A DNA stretch of 64,000 nucleotides from Desulfatiglandales bacterium (GTDB lineage Bacteria; Desulfobacterota; DSM-4660; Desulfatiglandales; HGW-15): contig CAXXJJ010000004.1 of NCBI GenBank assembly GCA_963667015.2, positions 3,008,001-3,072,000 of the forward strand. The letters are read 5' to 3'. The notes beneath the pieces are model-generated. The model had not been told where the DNA came from, did not search any database, and saw nothing but the letters and a program-made list of their open reading frames with translations. This document shows, in pieces, positions 9,896-20,987 of the stretch. Position numbers and translations under genes: made by a program. Numbering within the stretch: the stretch's first letter is position 1; every line of letters begins with the position of its first letter.

Positions 9896-10273
9896 TTAGA
9901 GATTTTTTTTAAGCCATGTCACTGTTTCAGGTAAAGTCCTTAATGTTACCTCCGTTCCTGTTTCATTATAGGATTCATTTATGATACGGGCCCTGCCCCT
10001 TAGCTGTCCCAAAAGGTAGCCTTTAGTATAGGGTATCAATATGGTTACCTCTGTCATATCCGATTCGAAAAACTCAAGAATCTTATTTCGCAGGAATTCT
10101 ACATCCCCGGATTTTTTGGCAGAGATGAATATTCCGTCTGGAAATTCAATATGTAACGCTTCCAGCTCATGGCTTGCGAGCTTATCAATTTTGTTCATGA
10201 TCAGCCTGCCCGGTATTTTCTCCCCGCCGATCTCCTTCATGACCGATTTTGTTACAGCCATTTGAGATCTGAA
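9896..10273 (-). pseudogene. hflX: C-terminal fragment of GTPase HflX
   Basis: FRSQMAVTKSV...NKID (G4)...ISAKKSGD (G5)...IPY C-terminal domain. G1-G3 and the N-domain are absent upstream. Confidence 0.7.
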
Positions 10274-10594
10274 ACACCCTGGGTTTGAACAGAAAACAAT
10301 ACTGCCATTTTCTTTTTTTGGTCATCATTTGATAATTCTATCATTTTATGGTTTGCCTACCGCAGTATACTTTAAATTTTGCTTTTACAGTTTCAGGTGA
10401 ACCTATCGTCTTCTCTTCTTTTTTGATCTATCTTATTTTGTCGCAGGAAATCAGCAGGTCAAAACCGGATGGATGTATTTATGCCTGACAGGAGAGCTGA
10501 AGTGTTTGACGAAACTCACCCAAAATACCTCAAAATATCAAAACATTATAAATTAAAATTGCTTTAACATAAGGATTAAAACTTAAAAAAAGGA

Positions 10595-10903
10595 CTAGAA
10601 AGGAAGCAGCCTGATTTCAATCTCTTCAACTCCCTTTTTCTGTGCCATCTCAAACTCACCGCTGTTGGTGATTGTGAACTCCCTTTCCGTGGCAGCATCA
10701 TTTAACTTTTTTTCTATTTTTTCCGCAGCACGGGCCTCACACTCCACATTAAAATATATCTTTAGATTTTTTTTGTTTGCATCATCAAACTGGACAAGAA
10801 TCGGACTGTGTTCTATAAAAACAAGGTCATCATATGTATATGTTACCTGCATGCCTGCAGCCTGAATTATTTCTTTAGCTATCCCTAACGGTCTAAATGC
10901 CAT
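10595..10903 (-). CDS. Hypothetical protein
   Basis: 102-aa ORF with AAGGAA RBS; contains VTYTYDDLVFIEHSPILVQF. Confidence 0.75.
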   Translation of the reverse strand: MAFRPLGIAKEIIQAAGMQVTYTYDDLVFIEHSPILVQFDDANKKNLKIYFNVECEARAAEKIEKKLNDAATEREFTITNSGEFEMAQKKGVEEIEIRLLPF

Positions 10904-11082
10904 AATTATTTATTCCTTTCTGTTTAATGCCCTCTATTTATAACATTTCTGCCGGACTATCAATAATTTTAGATAGATGCTGTTTTTCGATTTCTCAGGA
11001 AAAAACAGACCTGGAAAAGAAGACCGACAAATAATGTTTCCGCCGCAAGATGCCGGCCTGTGATCGCCACAAATTCCTGTTT

Positions 11083-12381
11083 TTATGACATGAGATTAGG
11101 TAGGAACAGGACAATCTGCGGAAAGGCTATAAGAACAGCAACCTGAATAAGGTCTGCCATAAGGAATGGAATAATGCCCTTAAAAATCACACTTATCGGC
11201 ACATCGGAAATACCCTTTATTATAAAGACATTCATGCCCACTGGCGGAGTGATAAGTCCCATTTCGGTTACCCTTACAACAAGTATTCCGAACCATATGG
11301 GGTTAAATCCCAGATCTGTGATAAGGGGATAAAATACAGGTATGGTTAAAAGTACGATTGCCATTGAATCCATAATGCATCCCAGCACCAGTGTGATGGC
11401 AAGTATGACAATCAATATGATATAGCTGTTTACAGAAAGATCGCCGACAAGGGAAGCAAGATCAAAGGGAAGCTGGGACACGGAAAGAAAATAACCGAAG
11501 ATCATGGCCCCCATCATTATAAGGAACAGCATGCCTGTTGTTCTTAATGTATTTACAAGGCTTTTATTGAATACCTCCCGGGTAAGTTTTTTACGCACTA
11601 TTGCGAAGAAAAATGTACCGAATGCACCCACTCCTGCGGCCTCAGTCGGGGTAAAAACACCGGCGTATATACCTCCTATTACAACAATAAAGAGAAGTAT
11701 AACCTCCCAGGTCTGTTTGAGTGCATTTGCCTTTTCTCTAAAATCGGTCACCGGCCCCTTTGGCCCCCGATCGGGATAAACTGTTGTCAGTATCCAGACC
11801 GTGGCCATGTAGAACAGCATCTCCATCACGCCCGGTATGAAGCCTGCCAGAAAAAGCCTCCCAATGGACTGTTCCGTTATAATACCGTATATGATGAGTA
11901 TTACGCTTGGGGGAATTAATATACCCACGCTCCCCCCTGCAGCAACTGCGCCGGAGGCAAGGCTGTCATCATACCTGTATTTTCTCATCTCGGGAAGTGC
12001 AACTGCCCCAAGTGTTGCGGCAGTGGCAAGGCTTGAACCGCTTATTGCTGCAAAACAGGCACATGCCACAATGGTTGCCTGTGCAACTCCTCCTCTTAGA
12101 TGTCCCAGCCATTTATAGACAGCCCTGAATAGATTCTCACTCATCCCTGCTGCCAGCGCAAACGACCCCATTAGGACAAACAGCGGAATAACACTCAGAT
12201 TATTGCTTGCAAACGTGGTATAGGGAACTGTCCTGAGGAGACCGAGGGCAGCGTCCATATCTGTAAGGTAGGCAAAACCAAGGAAACCTACGATGGCCAT
12301 ACCCACACCAATGGGAATTCCTGCGAACAGCAGAAAGATAAGAACAATTATTCCGATCAGGCCTATTGTGATTGGTTCCAT
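11083..12381 (-). CDS. dctM: TRAP transporter large permease
   Basis: ISGSSLATAA, GILIPPSV, TPTEAA and ITPPVGMN motifs. Confidence 0.95.
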   Translation of the reverse strand: MEPITIGLIGIIVLIFLLFAGIPIGVGMAIVGFLGFAYLTDMDAALGLLRTVPYTTFASNNLSVIPLFVLMGSFALAAGMSENLFRAVYKWLGHLRGGVAQATIVACACFAAISGSSLATAATLGAVALPEMRKYRYDDSLASGAVAAGGSVGILIPPSVILIIYGIITEQSIGRLFLAGFIPGVMEMLFYMATVWILTTVYPDRGPKGPVTDFREKANALKQTWEVILLFIVVIGGIYAGVFTPTEAAGVGAFGTFFFAIVRKKLTREVFNKSLVNTLRTTGMLFLIMMGAMIFGYFLSVSQLPFDLASLVGDLSVNSYIILIVILAITLVLGCIMDSMAIVLLTIPVFYPLITDLGFNPIWFGILVVRVTEMGLITPPVGMNVFIIKGISDVPISVIFKGIIPFLMADLIQVAVLIAFPQIVLFLPNLMS

Positions 12382-12875
12382 TTAGATATTGTATGTGTGA
12401 GGGAGTTAATAATTTCAGCCAGAAGCAGAAGACTGAGGATTGCAAATGCCGCTGCGAGTGCGCCTATAAAAGGGTATACCGGGATATAAAGAACCGCGGT
12501 GGTAAGTCTGGATTCATACTCTTCGCCTATATATATAATCGCCTGCCAGGTTATTAAAACAAAAAGGAACAGTGAAATGACGTTCCCTATAAAAGAAAAG
12601 AACGACCTTAGACGGGTGCTGAAATGTTCCAGAACAATATCGACATTCACATGAGACTTTTCACTCGCGCAAAAGACAATGCTGAAGGGCACGATAAGGG
12701 CCATCATAAGTTCAACCAGTTCAAAACTTCCGGTGACAGGACTGTTGAACACATAGCGTAAACAGACATCAGCAGCGGTTAACAGCATCATAGCGGTAAG
12801 TATCCAGATGGCAAGATGCCTGAGGATGAGGACAAGGTATCTGTTAAGTTTATTAAATAGGTTGATCAGCAGCAT
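12363..12875 (-). CDS. dctQ: TRAP transporter small permease
   Basis: Four TM helices, DVCLRYVFNSP and HVNVD motifs; lies between dctP and dctM. Confidence 0.92.
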   Translation of the reverse strand: MLLINLFNKLNRYLVLILRHLAIWILTAMMLLTAADVCLRYVFNSPVTGSFELVELMMALIVPFSIVFCASEKSHVNVDIVLEHFSTRLRSFFSFIGNVISLFLFVLITWQAIIYIGEEYESRLTTAVLYIPVYPFIGALAAAFAILSLLLLAEIINSLTHTISKWNQSQ

Positions 12876-12886
12876 CCTTTATAACT

Positions 12887-13930
12887 TCATTCCTTCAAAA
12901 GTTTCACCGTCGTATCCAGTATATCTCTTGCGTTTTTATATCCCTCTTTCTCCATTTTCTCCACCCACTCATTCCATATGGGTTTCCCGCCAATTTCAAG
13001 CCACCTGTTTATCTCTTCGTCGGGAAGTGAGTATGCGTTTATATCTTTACCGCTTTCCTTACCTAATTTGAGGACTCCTTCTTTTGCCTTGTCGTAATTG
13101 CGTCCCCAGAACTTTGAGCCTTTAAGTCCGCTCACGCTGGAAATGGCTTTTTTTACATCATCCGGTAAAGAGTTCCATTTTCTTTTATTGACAGCTATCG
13201 AAAAATACACCGCCGGAAATGGAGTCTGGGTATAATAATCAGCAACTTCATAAAATCTGTAGGTATGTATCGCTTCCCAGCATGTACCCATTCCATCTAT
13301 AACGCCCTGTTTAAGGGCAAGATAGACATCGGGCATTGGAATAGACATGGGTATTCCGCCCAGGGCCTTCATCTGGTCTGTTGGCGGCCCCCCGGTCATT
13401 CTTACCTTCATGCCCTTGAGATCTTCAAGGGTTTTGACCTGCTTTTTGGTTGTTATAAGCAGATATGGCTCGGTTGTATATAGAAGCAGGATATGATTAT
13501 CATCAAACTGTTTCTTTATCTCCGGAAACGTTTCATATAACGTCCATAATACCTCGCTGCCCTTTTCTCCGGTCTTAAATGGCAGGGCGGGAAGGCTTAT
13601 AACGTCAGCAAGGGGTGTCATTCCCGGCCAGTACCCGTGAAAGCACCATCCCATATCCGCTCTACCGGTCTTAATGGCCGTCCAGTTCTCCTTCCCCTTG
13701 GAAAGGGTCTGGTTCGGATAGATCTGGATCTTCAGTTCATGTTCTGTACTTTTTTTGACAGCATCTTCAACCATATCTGCCCATGGCTGAAGGGCATGAA
13801 CAGGGCCCCATCCTATTTTGGAGTTCTGATCTGAAAATCTTAGTGTAATCTTCTTTGCGCTTGCAGGAAGACTAAACAAAAAAGTCAGGCAAATCGTTAC
13901 AATACAGACAACAGGAAAAATCTTTTTCAT
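12887..13930 (-). CDS. dctP: TRAP transporter substrate-binding protein
   Basis: Signal peptide; DLKGMKVR and DVYLALKQGVIDG motifs. Confidence 0.93.
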   Translation of the reverse strand: MKKIFPVVCIVTICLTFLFSLPASAKKITLRFSDQNSKIGWGPVHALQPWADMVEDAVKKSTEHELKIQIYPNQTLSKGKENWTAIKTGRADMGWCFHGYWPGMTPLADVISLPALPFKTGEKGSEVLWTLYETFPEIKKQFDDNHILLLYTTEPYLLITTKKQVKTLEDLKGMKVRMTGGPPTDQMKALGGIPMSIPMPDVYLALKQGVIDGMGTCWEAIHTYRFYEVADYYTQTPFPAVYFSIAVNKRKWNSLPDDVKKAISSVSGLKGSKFWGRNYDKAKEGVLKLGKESGKDINAYSLPDEEINRWLEIGGKPIWNEWVEKMEKEGYKNARDILDTTVKLLKE

Positions 13931-14163
13931 ACTTTACCTCCTTTTTTATAATCCCTGAATTATCATATTTAATTAAAAATATAAAGGCCTCAAAAAATCA
14001 AAAAGAAGTGGAAATAAGCTGCTGATCCATGATATAAAAGTTTATTCGGTACTCAATTTAACCTGCTGAGAATTTTACATATATTACCGACTGATCCGCT
14101 CATTTGCGAAATTACAATTAAAATGTCCGAAAAATAAGGCTTATCCGGACAGGAGAAAATAAA

Positions 14164-14940
14164 TTGGCTGATTTTAAAAAGATAAAACGCTCAACCAACC
14201 TCTACGAGGATGTAGTAAACGAAATTAAAAAGGCTATCCTCTCAGGAAATTACAAAACAGGTGAAGCCCTTCCGAGTGAAACAGAACTTGCAAGACAGTT
14301 CGGTATCAGCCGTCCTGTTATTCGTGAAGGAATCAGGGTGCTCCAGTCAAGGGGGTTTCTGGAAATAAGAAGAGGAATTACCGGCGGTGCATTTGTGAGG
14401 GAATTATACCAGCTTCCCTTTATGGAAGATTTTGCAGACCTCATCAGATACAGGAGAGTAAAGGTTGACCACCTTGCAAAGGCCAGGCTGCTTCTGGAAC
14501 CGGAAGTCTGCAGGCTCACCGCCCAGAACGCCTCTCAAAAATCGCTCAGGGAAATGCAGACCCTTCTTGATTCCTATGCAGTTATAAAAGAACGGGACAA
14601 ACTGGACCCATTATACGCCATGTTTCACAGGCTGGTAGGACGGGCATGCGGAAATCCCATATACTCCATCATTATGGAAAACATAATGGATTTTACCGAG
14701 AGTTTCATAAGAACCATGAAACCTATTACAATAATAATACACAATGAGAGTGATCACGATGAGATTATGGAGGCCTTCAGAAACAGAGACTCGGAAAAGG
14801 CCGCTGAAGTGGGTACCAGGCATGCCATGGATATTTTAAGGGAAATGAAAAAGCTTGAAGATACCTACCTTGAGCTGCTGGGAGGAAACGTACCTGAGCC
14901 CTATAACGACGATGGTGAGGAAGAGGAAAACAAGAAATAA
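14164..14940 (+). CDS. GntR/FadR-family transcriptional regulator
   Basis: LPSETELARQFGISRPVIRE winged HTH plus FCD domain; divergent from the TRAP operon. Confidence 0.93.
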   Translation: MADFKKIKRSTNLYEDVVNEIKKAILSGNYKTGEALPSETELARQFGISRPVIREGIRVLQSRGFLEIRRGITGGAFVRELYQLPFMEDFADLIRYRRVKVDHLAKARLLLEPEVCRLTAQNASQKSLREMQTLLDSYAVIKERDKLDPLYAMFHRLVGRACGNPIYSIIMENIMDFTESFIRTMKPITIIIHNESDHDEIMEAFRNRDSEKAAEVGTRHAMDILREMKKLEDTYLELLGGNVPEPYNDDGEEEENKK

Positions 14941-14973
14941 AAAAAGGCCCTGATCCGGGATCAGGGCCTTTTT
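14941..14973. terminator. Bidirectional rho-independent terminator
   Basis: AAAAAGGCCCTGATCC/GGATCAGGGCCTTTTT perfect inverted repeat between convergent genes. Confidence 0.85.
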
Positions 14974-14982
14974 ATTTAAATG

Positions 14983-15792
14983 TTATTTAAGTGGTATATC
15001 ACCAAGGTTTCTATCATCATCTGTACAGATTGAATCAATTGTTACAACTTTTTTACCCTTTTTAATCTTGAGTGAAAATGTCCGGTTATCTTTCAATCCT
15101 CTAAACCAGAAATCACCCCATGCATTGGTTTCGGTTGTAAATGTTTCCTTGCTTTCACAATCTTTAAGAGTTGCCTTGGCACCTGTGATAACATCATTTT
15201 TTTCCGGGTCATAGAGCGTTCCTGCTACCCATTTTTTAGGAGTATTCAGGTAATGTACCCTTGTCTTGATTTTGACACCCGGCTTAATGGGTTCTGCCTT
15301 TGATATATATTTCTTGAGATCCTTTTCTTCACCAAATTTCAGGGCATCAGTAGGACAGTTATCCACACACCTTGGAACTTCCCATCCGTCATCAAGAAGA
15401 TGCGCACAGCCCGTACACTTCTGGGCTATATTGAGACCGCTGTTCATAAAAATGGCGTCATAGGGGCAGACATCCATGCAGAGCTTGCATCCGGTACATT
15501 TTTCAGGATCAATAACTACAAGGCCATCATCCCTTTTATATATGGCCTCAACCTTACAGGCCTTCATACAGGGGGCATCCACACAGTGCATGCAGAGCAT
15601 TGGAACATAGGTTACCATAACCTTGGGCACGGTTCCCCTTACTGTTTCTTTAATTCCAAGCCAGAACTGGCCTGTATCCGGCTGTGGCTTGGCATAGGGG
15701 GTCCAGTCATTGCCCACATGCTCGTCTTTACAGGCGATCTGGCATGCGTAGCATCCGTTACATACAGAAAGATCAATTACAAATGCTTTCAT
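14983..15792 (-). CDS. Pyrogallol transhydroxylase-like beta subunit (4Fe-4S, BthL-like)
   Basis: CNGCYACQIACKDEHVGNDW...QFW, further ferredoxin motifs, and a C-terminal beta-sandwich domain. Confidence 0.88.
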   Translation of the reverse strand: MKAFVIDLSVCNGCYACQIACKDEHVGNDWTPYAKPQPDTGQFWLGIKETVRGTVPKVMVTYVPMLCMHCVDAPCMKACKVEAIYKRDDGLVVIDPEKCTGCKLCMDVCPYDAIFMNSGLNIAQKCTGCAHLLDDGWEVPRCVDNCPTDALKFGEEKDLKKYISKAEPIKPGVKIKTRVHYLNTPKKWVAGTLYDPEKNDVITGAKATLKDCESKETFTTETNAWGDFWFRGLKDNRTFSLKIKKGKKVVTIDSICTDDDRNLGDIPLK

Positions 15793-18403
15793 TATTCGTC
15801 ACCTCCCTCTAACCATGCGTTTACACAAAGTCCGGAATCATAATCATACTCCCTTTCAAAGGCCTCCGGATAATCCCTTCTCCACTGGTCCATCTCTTCC
15901 CCGCTCAGTCTTTCAACCTGTACAAGGTAGGCTGTTGTTGCCTGGCCTACCGCGTTCCTTGAAGATGTGCCGGAACCTGAGATGGTGTTTATCGCGCCGC
16001 CTCGGTCGATTTCACCGGGCTTGATCATATCGATCCTTGCCCCGTGATCCATGTATGCGACTCCTGGGCGCAGCCTTTCTGTAACATATGCACCTGCCAG
16101 GACTATTCCCCTTTCATTGAAAACCTTTACTATATCGCCGTTCCTGATACCTCTCTTTTCTGCCTCGGAAGGATGTATCCAGCAGGGCTCATACATATAT
16201 CCGTCCCATCCCCTTACCTTGCATGTAGGAGCTTCACGGGTCCATGATATATCATCAGCCTGGGCATGCACCCTCCACCTTCCGTGGTTGGACATCAGGA
16301 GAAGGGGAACATCTTTGCACGTTCACTTGAAAGTCTTTCATCATGTGTCGGCCCCTTTTCAATCCACTTTGGTACCGGCGGTCTTTCCTTGTCATGGGGG
16401 AAGTTCTTTGCCAGTGCCTCGGAATAGAACTCCAGCTTTCCGGTGGGTGTCGGCAGGGGATTTTTCTCAGGATCATCGTAGAAGGATCTTAATCCCGGAG
16501 TATCCTCTTCCCAGTCTTCAGCTACACTGTAAAGATAGTAGCCATTTTTCTTGAACTCTTTCCATGTGGTGAGTTTATCAAGATGCATGTTTTCAAACAT
16601 TTCCTTCTTCAGATCTTCATCTGTCTTGCCGCCGGTCATGGCCTTTTCCATTCCCAGCTTTTTGGCTACCTCAAGCACTACCTCAAAATTACTCTTGGAT
16701 TCTCCTACCGGTTCAATGGCCTGGTCGCACAAAGCTACATTAGGTATGGATGTTCCACCCCTGATGCTCGATACGATATCACCTACCTCCATGTGGGTAT
16801 TTGACGGAAGGATTATATCCGAGAACAGGGTATCATTCTCCATCCATGGATGCTGTGTTACAACGCACTCTATCTTGGGATTTCTGAGTGACAGCTCGGT
16901 TGCATTGCCGTTATTCCAGCATGTAGTCCTGCATGGTGTGTCACTCCAGATCATATGGATCTCTGTGCCGCCTTCTTCCTTTGGAAGAGGGTATACATAT
17001 TTCTTGAACTGATCCTCGGTTTCGACCTCAATAGCGCCTGAACCATAGAATGTCATAGGCTCATTTGCTTCGATTGCGTCATGAATATATGTCTTCGGGA
17101 TAAGCTGTTTCTGCCATGCATTGATGGTTGTAAGACTGGGGGTCCTTAACCTGTCTGCAAGATCCGGGTTCCAGAAGAATGTACCTGATAAACCGTCTGA
17201 TCTGGGCATCCCGAAATAGGTCAGCTGATGGTGGTGAACACCGGGTCCGCCAAGTCCCTGCATTCCAAGGAGACAGACCTCGAGTCTTCCGGGTTCATGG
17301 CTGAATGGTCCCCTTACATAGCCGCCACCAAAGTAGTGGGCTATTGATGTGGTTTTCTTTGCAAACTGCCTTGCCAGCGCCCTGATTGTCCATGGCGGCA
17401 CACCGCATTTGGGTGACGCCCATTCAGGGGTTTTTGGGACATCATCTTCCTCTTCACCCATGACATATGCCTTGAACTGCTCAAAGCCTACAACATGGGT
17501 TTTTACATATTTCTTATCGTATGTTCCTTCCTTTATCCACATATAGGCTATGGCAAGCTGGAGTGCCGCATCTGTATTGGGAAGGACAGGTATCCATTTA
17601 TCGGCGTGAACTGCACAGCCATAGTTTACATCAGGGCAGATATAAACCTGTTCTATACCGATATCCTTCCAGAAATATGTCAGCCGGCTCGGCATCTGGC
17701 CCGTAAATCCCCATGGTGTTGTTTCAGGGTCGCAGCCCCAGAACAAAACCATTTCAGCGTGATCGGTTGTGTCCTTTACAATATTTCCTGCCGGAAACAT
17801 ACCGCCCTGAATGCCCTGGCCCCACACATGTTTGGAACCCCAGTACCATCCTTCCCAGGAGTCAGGGTTACGAACCTGCTGTGTAAAACCACCCATCTTG
17901 TCAAGGAGAGATCCTGAATGTCCATGAGGGGTATGTATTGTCATACATTCACCATGGCCGTCACCCTGCACAAGAATACCGTTGGGGCCGTAATGTTTGT
18001 GAACCCTTCTGATTTCCGCTGCAATTATGTCGGTTGCCTCATCCCACGAGATCCTTACATATTTACTTTTGCCCCTGTTCTGAGGATTCCTTTCGCCATT
18101 TGGATCCCAGTCTACCCTTTTCATGGGGAACTTGATTCTGTTGGGGGAATAAACACGTTTTTTATAGGCCAGAGAAAAAGGTCCGGGAAGGGATTTCCAT
18201 GGCTGTTCAAGAACCTTGCCGTTTTTTTCCATCTTCCATGTCTTGACACTCTCTTTTTTGTACTTCCAGTCGTAATGGAAAGGTCGAACCCTTACAATCT
18301 TACCGTCCTTGACATCAACCACGCCCTCACTACTGCCCCCTAAAAGCCCGCCCAGACCCAGGGCTCTTATTACTGTTTTATCTTTAGTCTTCAGGGATGC
18401 CAT
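15792..18403 (-). CDS. Pyrogallol transhydroxylase-like Mo-bis-PGD large subunit (AthL-like), split by a 1-nt frameshift at 16304-16307
   Basis: NPDSWEGWYWG (Ser Mo ligand) and VDWDPNGERNPQNRGKS. ORFs 16295-18403 and 15792-16295 join as ...MFPLLLMSNHGRWRVHAQ if one C is added to the C4 run. Confidence 0.85.
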
Positions 18404-18659
18404 ATAAACCTCCTGTTTAAAAGATTATGATAAGACGTATATTTTAAAAACCTGTAATTTGCAACCGGCCTTTAACCGGGTTTTTTGGGAAGGAATCATT
18501 GAAATGGTTAAAAACCTCCGTAAAACGAGAGTTTAAAACGATTTTGACCCGGAAGGGTATTTTAATCAAAATCCATAAGCGAGCATCGCTTCCGAGGTTT
18601 TCAGGCCATAACAGGTGGATTCTGTGAATTCCGGATTTCAGGTTGGAACCGGCCTTTTA

Positions 18660-18711
18660 CAGGAAAAGGTCCCTGTTTAAAGTTCACTTTAATTTACAGA
18701 GACCTTTCCTG
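18660..18711. terminator. Long hairpin downstream of the acetylene-hydratase-like gene
   Basis: CAGGAAAAGGTCCCTGT...ACAGAGACCTTTCCTG imperfect inverted repeat. Confidence 0.45.
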
Positions 18712-18737
18712 AAACTGACCTGTTCCGGATTATACTT

Positions 18738-20960
18738 CTATTCTTTTTCTGTCAGAGCGGTTCTCCCTCCTCCCAACTGCTGTACAGTACCATATTCTTC
18801 TGTATGGAAGACATTTTCCTTTAGATCCTCCTCTGTACACGGAGAAATCTTACAGAGCAGACATGTCAGGTCCGGAGAACCATACATGGGATCGAGATGG
18901 TCGTTGCTTGTCAGGACATTCGGGTTGGAGATAAATACACCGTGGTATGTATCGGGCGGTTCTTCCGGATAAAAACAGTTTGCCGTCGCCATCAGTACTC
19001 CTTCGAGTATACCGGGGAACACACGGCATTTCTGTCTTATTTTCCCCCTGGGTGATTCTATCCAGATCCAGTCGCCATCCTTGATTCCATACTTTTCGGC
19101 TGTTTTGGGATGGATCTGACACTGGGGATATTCCATAAAGCTCCTTAACCATGGAATATTCCTGTACTGTCCCAGAAAGTAGAAAGGCTGCCTGAATCCG
19201 CTTGTCATTACAACCGGGTATTCCTTGTAAAGATCGGGGGTTGACAGCGGGCTTTCGCCGGGTTCACGATAGAGTGGCAGCGGGTCATAGCCAAGTTCTT
19301 CAAGCCTTTTGGACCAAAACTCGAATTTACCTGTTTCAGTGGGAAATCCCCCGCCCTTTTTCCAGTAATCGGTTTTGTATTTATAATAGACCTGGTCTTT
19401 TCCCCAGCACCCGCTAACAAGCTGTTCGCTGAATTTTTTCCAGTCCATGCCCTCGCCTTTCCTGACCTGATAATCCAGACAGTCTTCAACCGTATCAAAC
19501 CAGTGCTCGGGAACAACACGTTTTCCTATCTCATTAAATATCCATATATTTGATTTTGCCTCACCCTGAGGCTCAACAACCTTATTATGGGCCTCGATCA
19601 TGAATCTGGGGTGCATATCATAGACATCATCCATCTCAAGAAAGTGGGCAGAAGGAAGGACAATATCGGCCGCCTGTGCCATAGGACCCATGAACTGATC
19701 ACAATGAACCATGAACTCAACCTTTTCGATTGCCTCTACAACCTCCTTTGTATTTGCCATATGAACAACCTGCTGACCACCCACGCTCAACCACACCTTG
19801 ATGGGAGCCTCACCTGAATTAATAGCCTTAACCATGGTATCAGGATTACATGTCCTTGCAGCTCCCATCTTGTATTTATCAATACCGATAATATGGCTTC
19901 TCATCTCATCGGTAACAGGCAGTTCAAGGAAGAAATCCTCGATAAGACCTGTCTCCGGGAGGACCCAGCTTATCATACTTCCCGGGCGCTCTATGTTACC
20001 GCACATACCCATCAGACAGGTGATTGCCCTTATGGTATAACCGCAGTTTGCCTGGCGTTCAATAGAACTTCCAACCTGGATACAGCCCGGGGTATCAATG
20101 GCAAACATCCTTGCAGCCTGTATAATCTGTTCCTTTGGTATCCACGTGATCTCTGAGGCCCGCTCCGGGGTCATGGGCAGAACCCTTTCCTTTAGTTCTT
20201 CAAAGCCATATGTCCAGTTATCAACAAATTCCTTATCCCAGAGACCTTCATTGATGATAACATTCATCATGGCAAGGGCGAGTGCACTGTCAGTTCCCGG
20301 CCTTATCTGGAGGTGAAGTGTTGCCCTTGAGGCATAGGCAGTCTGTCTGGGATCGATAATAATGAGATTTTTACAGTAGTCCAGGGACTGTATAAACCAG
20401 TTGCACATTTCAGAGTCAGCACTGGATATTTCGAGCTGTTTTGCCCACATGATCTGGGTCTTGGGAAATTCTCCGCCCCATCCGTGATAATCACAATATA
20501 GCCTGCCGTATCCGGTAACCAGCCCATAAAGACCCAGCCTCGGGCTATGGCAGACATAACCGGGTGTGATGATATTGGCTGTCCCGAGAGACCTGGCCAT
20601 ACGGTGGACATAACGATTGTACCCTCTACCGGTACCCTGCGATATAGCTATTGTATGGGGCCCAAAATCCTTGATCGCTGATTTCATTTTTTCTTCGATT
20701 GTGCCAAGGGCCTCATCCCATGAAATTCTTTCCCATTTTCCGGATCCCTTTGGACCGCTTCTTTTTATGGGATATTTTAAACGGTAGGGATTATCAATGT
20801 GCTGAATACTGGACAGTCCCTTTGCACACATGGTCCCCCTTGTTAATGAATCGGGATTTCCTTCAATGTGAACAATAACACCGTCTTCGGTTGTAACCTT
20901 TACACCGCAGCCGCCATGGCAGCCTATGCAGGTTGTATAATGTATTTTTCTTTCGCCCAT
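18738..20960 (-). CDS. Molybdopterin (Mo/W-bis-PGD) oxidoreductase, acetylene-hydratase-like clade
   Basis: N-terminal CxxCxxxC...C 4Fe-4S motif (CIGCHGGC...MCAKG), putative Cys metal ligand in PGYVCH, C-terminal molydop-binding domain; no Tat signal. Confidence 0.88.
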   Translation of the reverse strand: MGERKIHYTTCIGCHGGCGVKVTTEDGVIVHIEGNPDSLTRGTMCAKGLSSIQHIDNPYRLKYPIKRSGPKGSGKWERISWDEALGTIEEKMKSAIKDFGPHTIAISQGTGRGYNRYVHRMARSLGTANIITPGYVCHSPRLGLYGLVTGYGRLYCDYHGWGGEFPKTQIMWAKQLEISSADSEMCNWFIQSLDYCKNLIIIDPRQTAYASRATLHLQIRPGTDSALALAMMNVIINEGLWDKEFVDNWTYGFEELKERVLPMTPERASEITWIPKEQIIQAARMFAIDTPGCIQVGSSIERQANCGYTIRAITCLMGMCGNIERPGSMISWVLPETGLIEDFFLELPVTDEMRSHIIGIDKYKMGAARTCNPDTMVKAINSGEAPIKVWLSVGGQQVVHMANTKEVVEAIEKVEFMVHCDQFMGPMAQAADIVLPSAHFLEMDDVYDMHPRFMIEAHNKVVEPQGEAKSNIWIFNEIGKRVVPEHWFDTVEDCLDYQVRKGEGMDWKKFSEQLVSGCWGKDQVYYKYKTDYWKKGGGFPTETGKFEFWSKRLEELGYDPLPLYREPGESPLSTPDLYKEYPVVMTSGFRQPFYFLGQYRNIPWLRSFMEYPQCQIHPKTAEKYGIKDGDWIWIESPRGKIRQKCRVFPGILEGVLMATANCFYPEEPPDTYHGVFISNPNVLTSNDHLDPMYGSPDLTCLLCKISPCTEEDLKENVFHTEEYGTVQQLGGGRTALTEKE

Positions 20961-20987
20961 TTATTTCTCCTTTATTGTTGTTTAACC

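Noticed and set aside
16295..16297. TGA ending the 702-aa Mo enzyme ORF as possible selenocysteine
   Set aside because: The continuation is in a different frame, so this is a frameshift and not readthrough.
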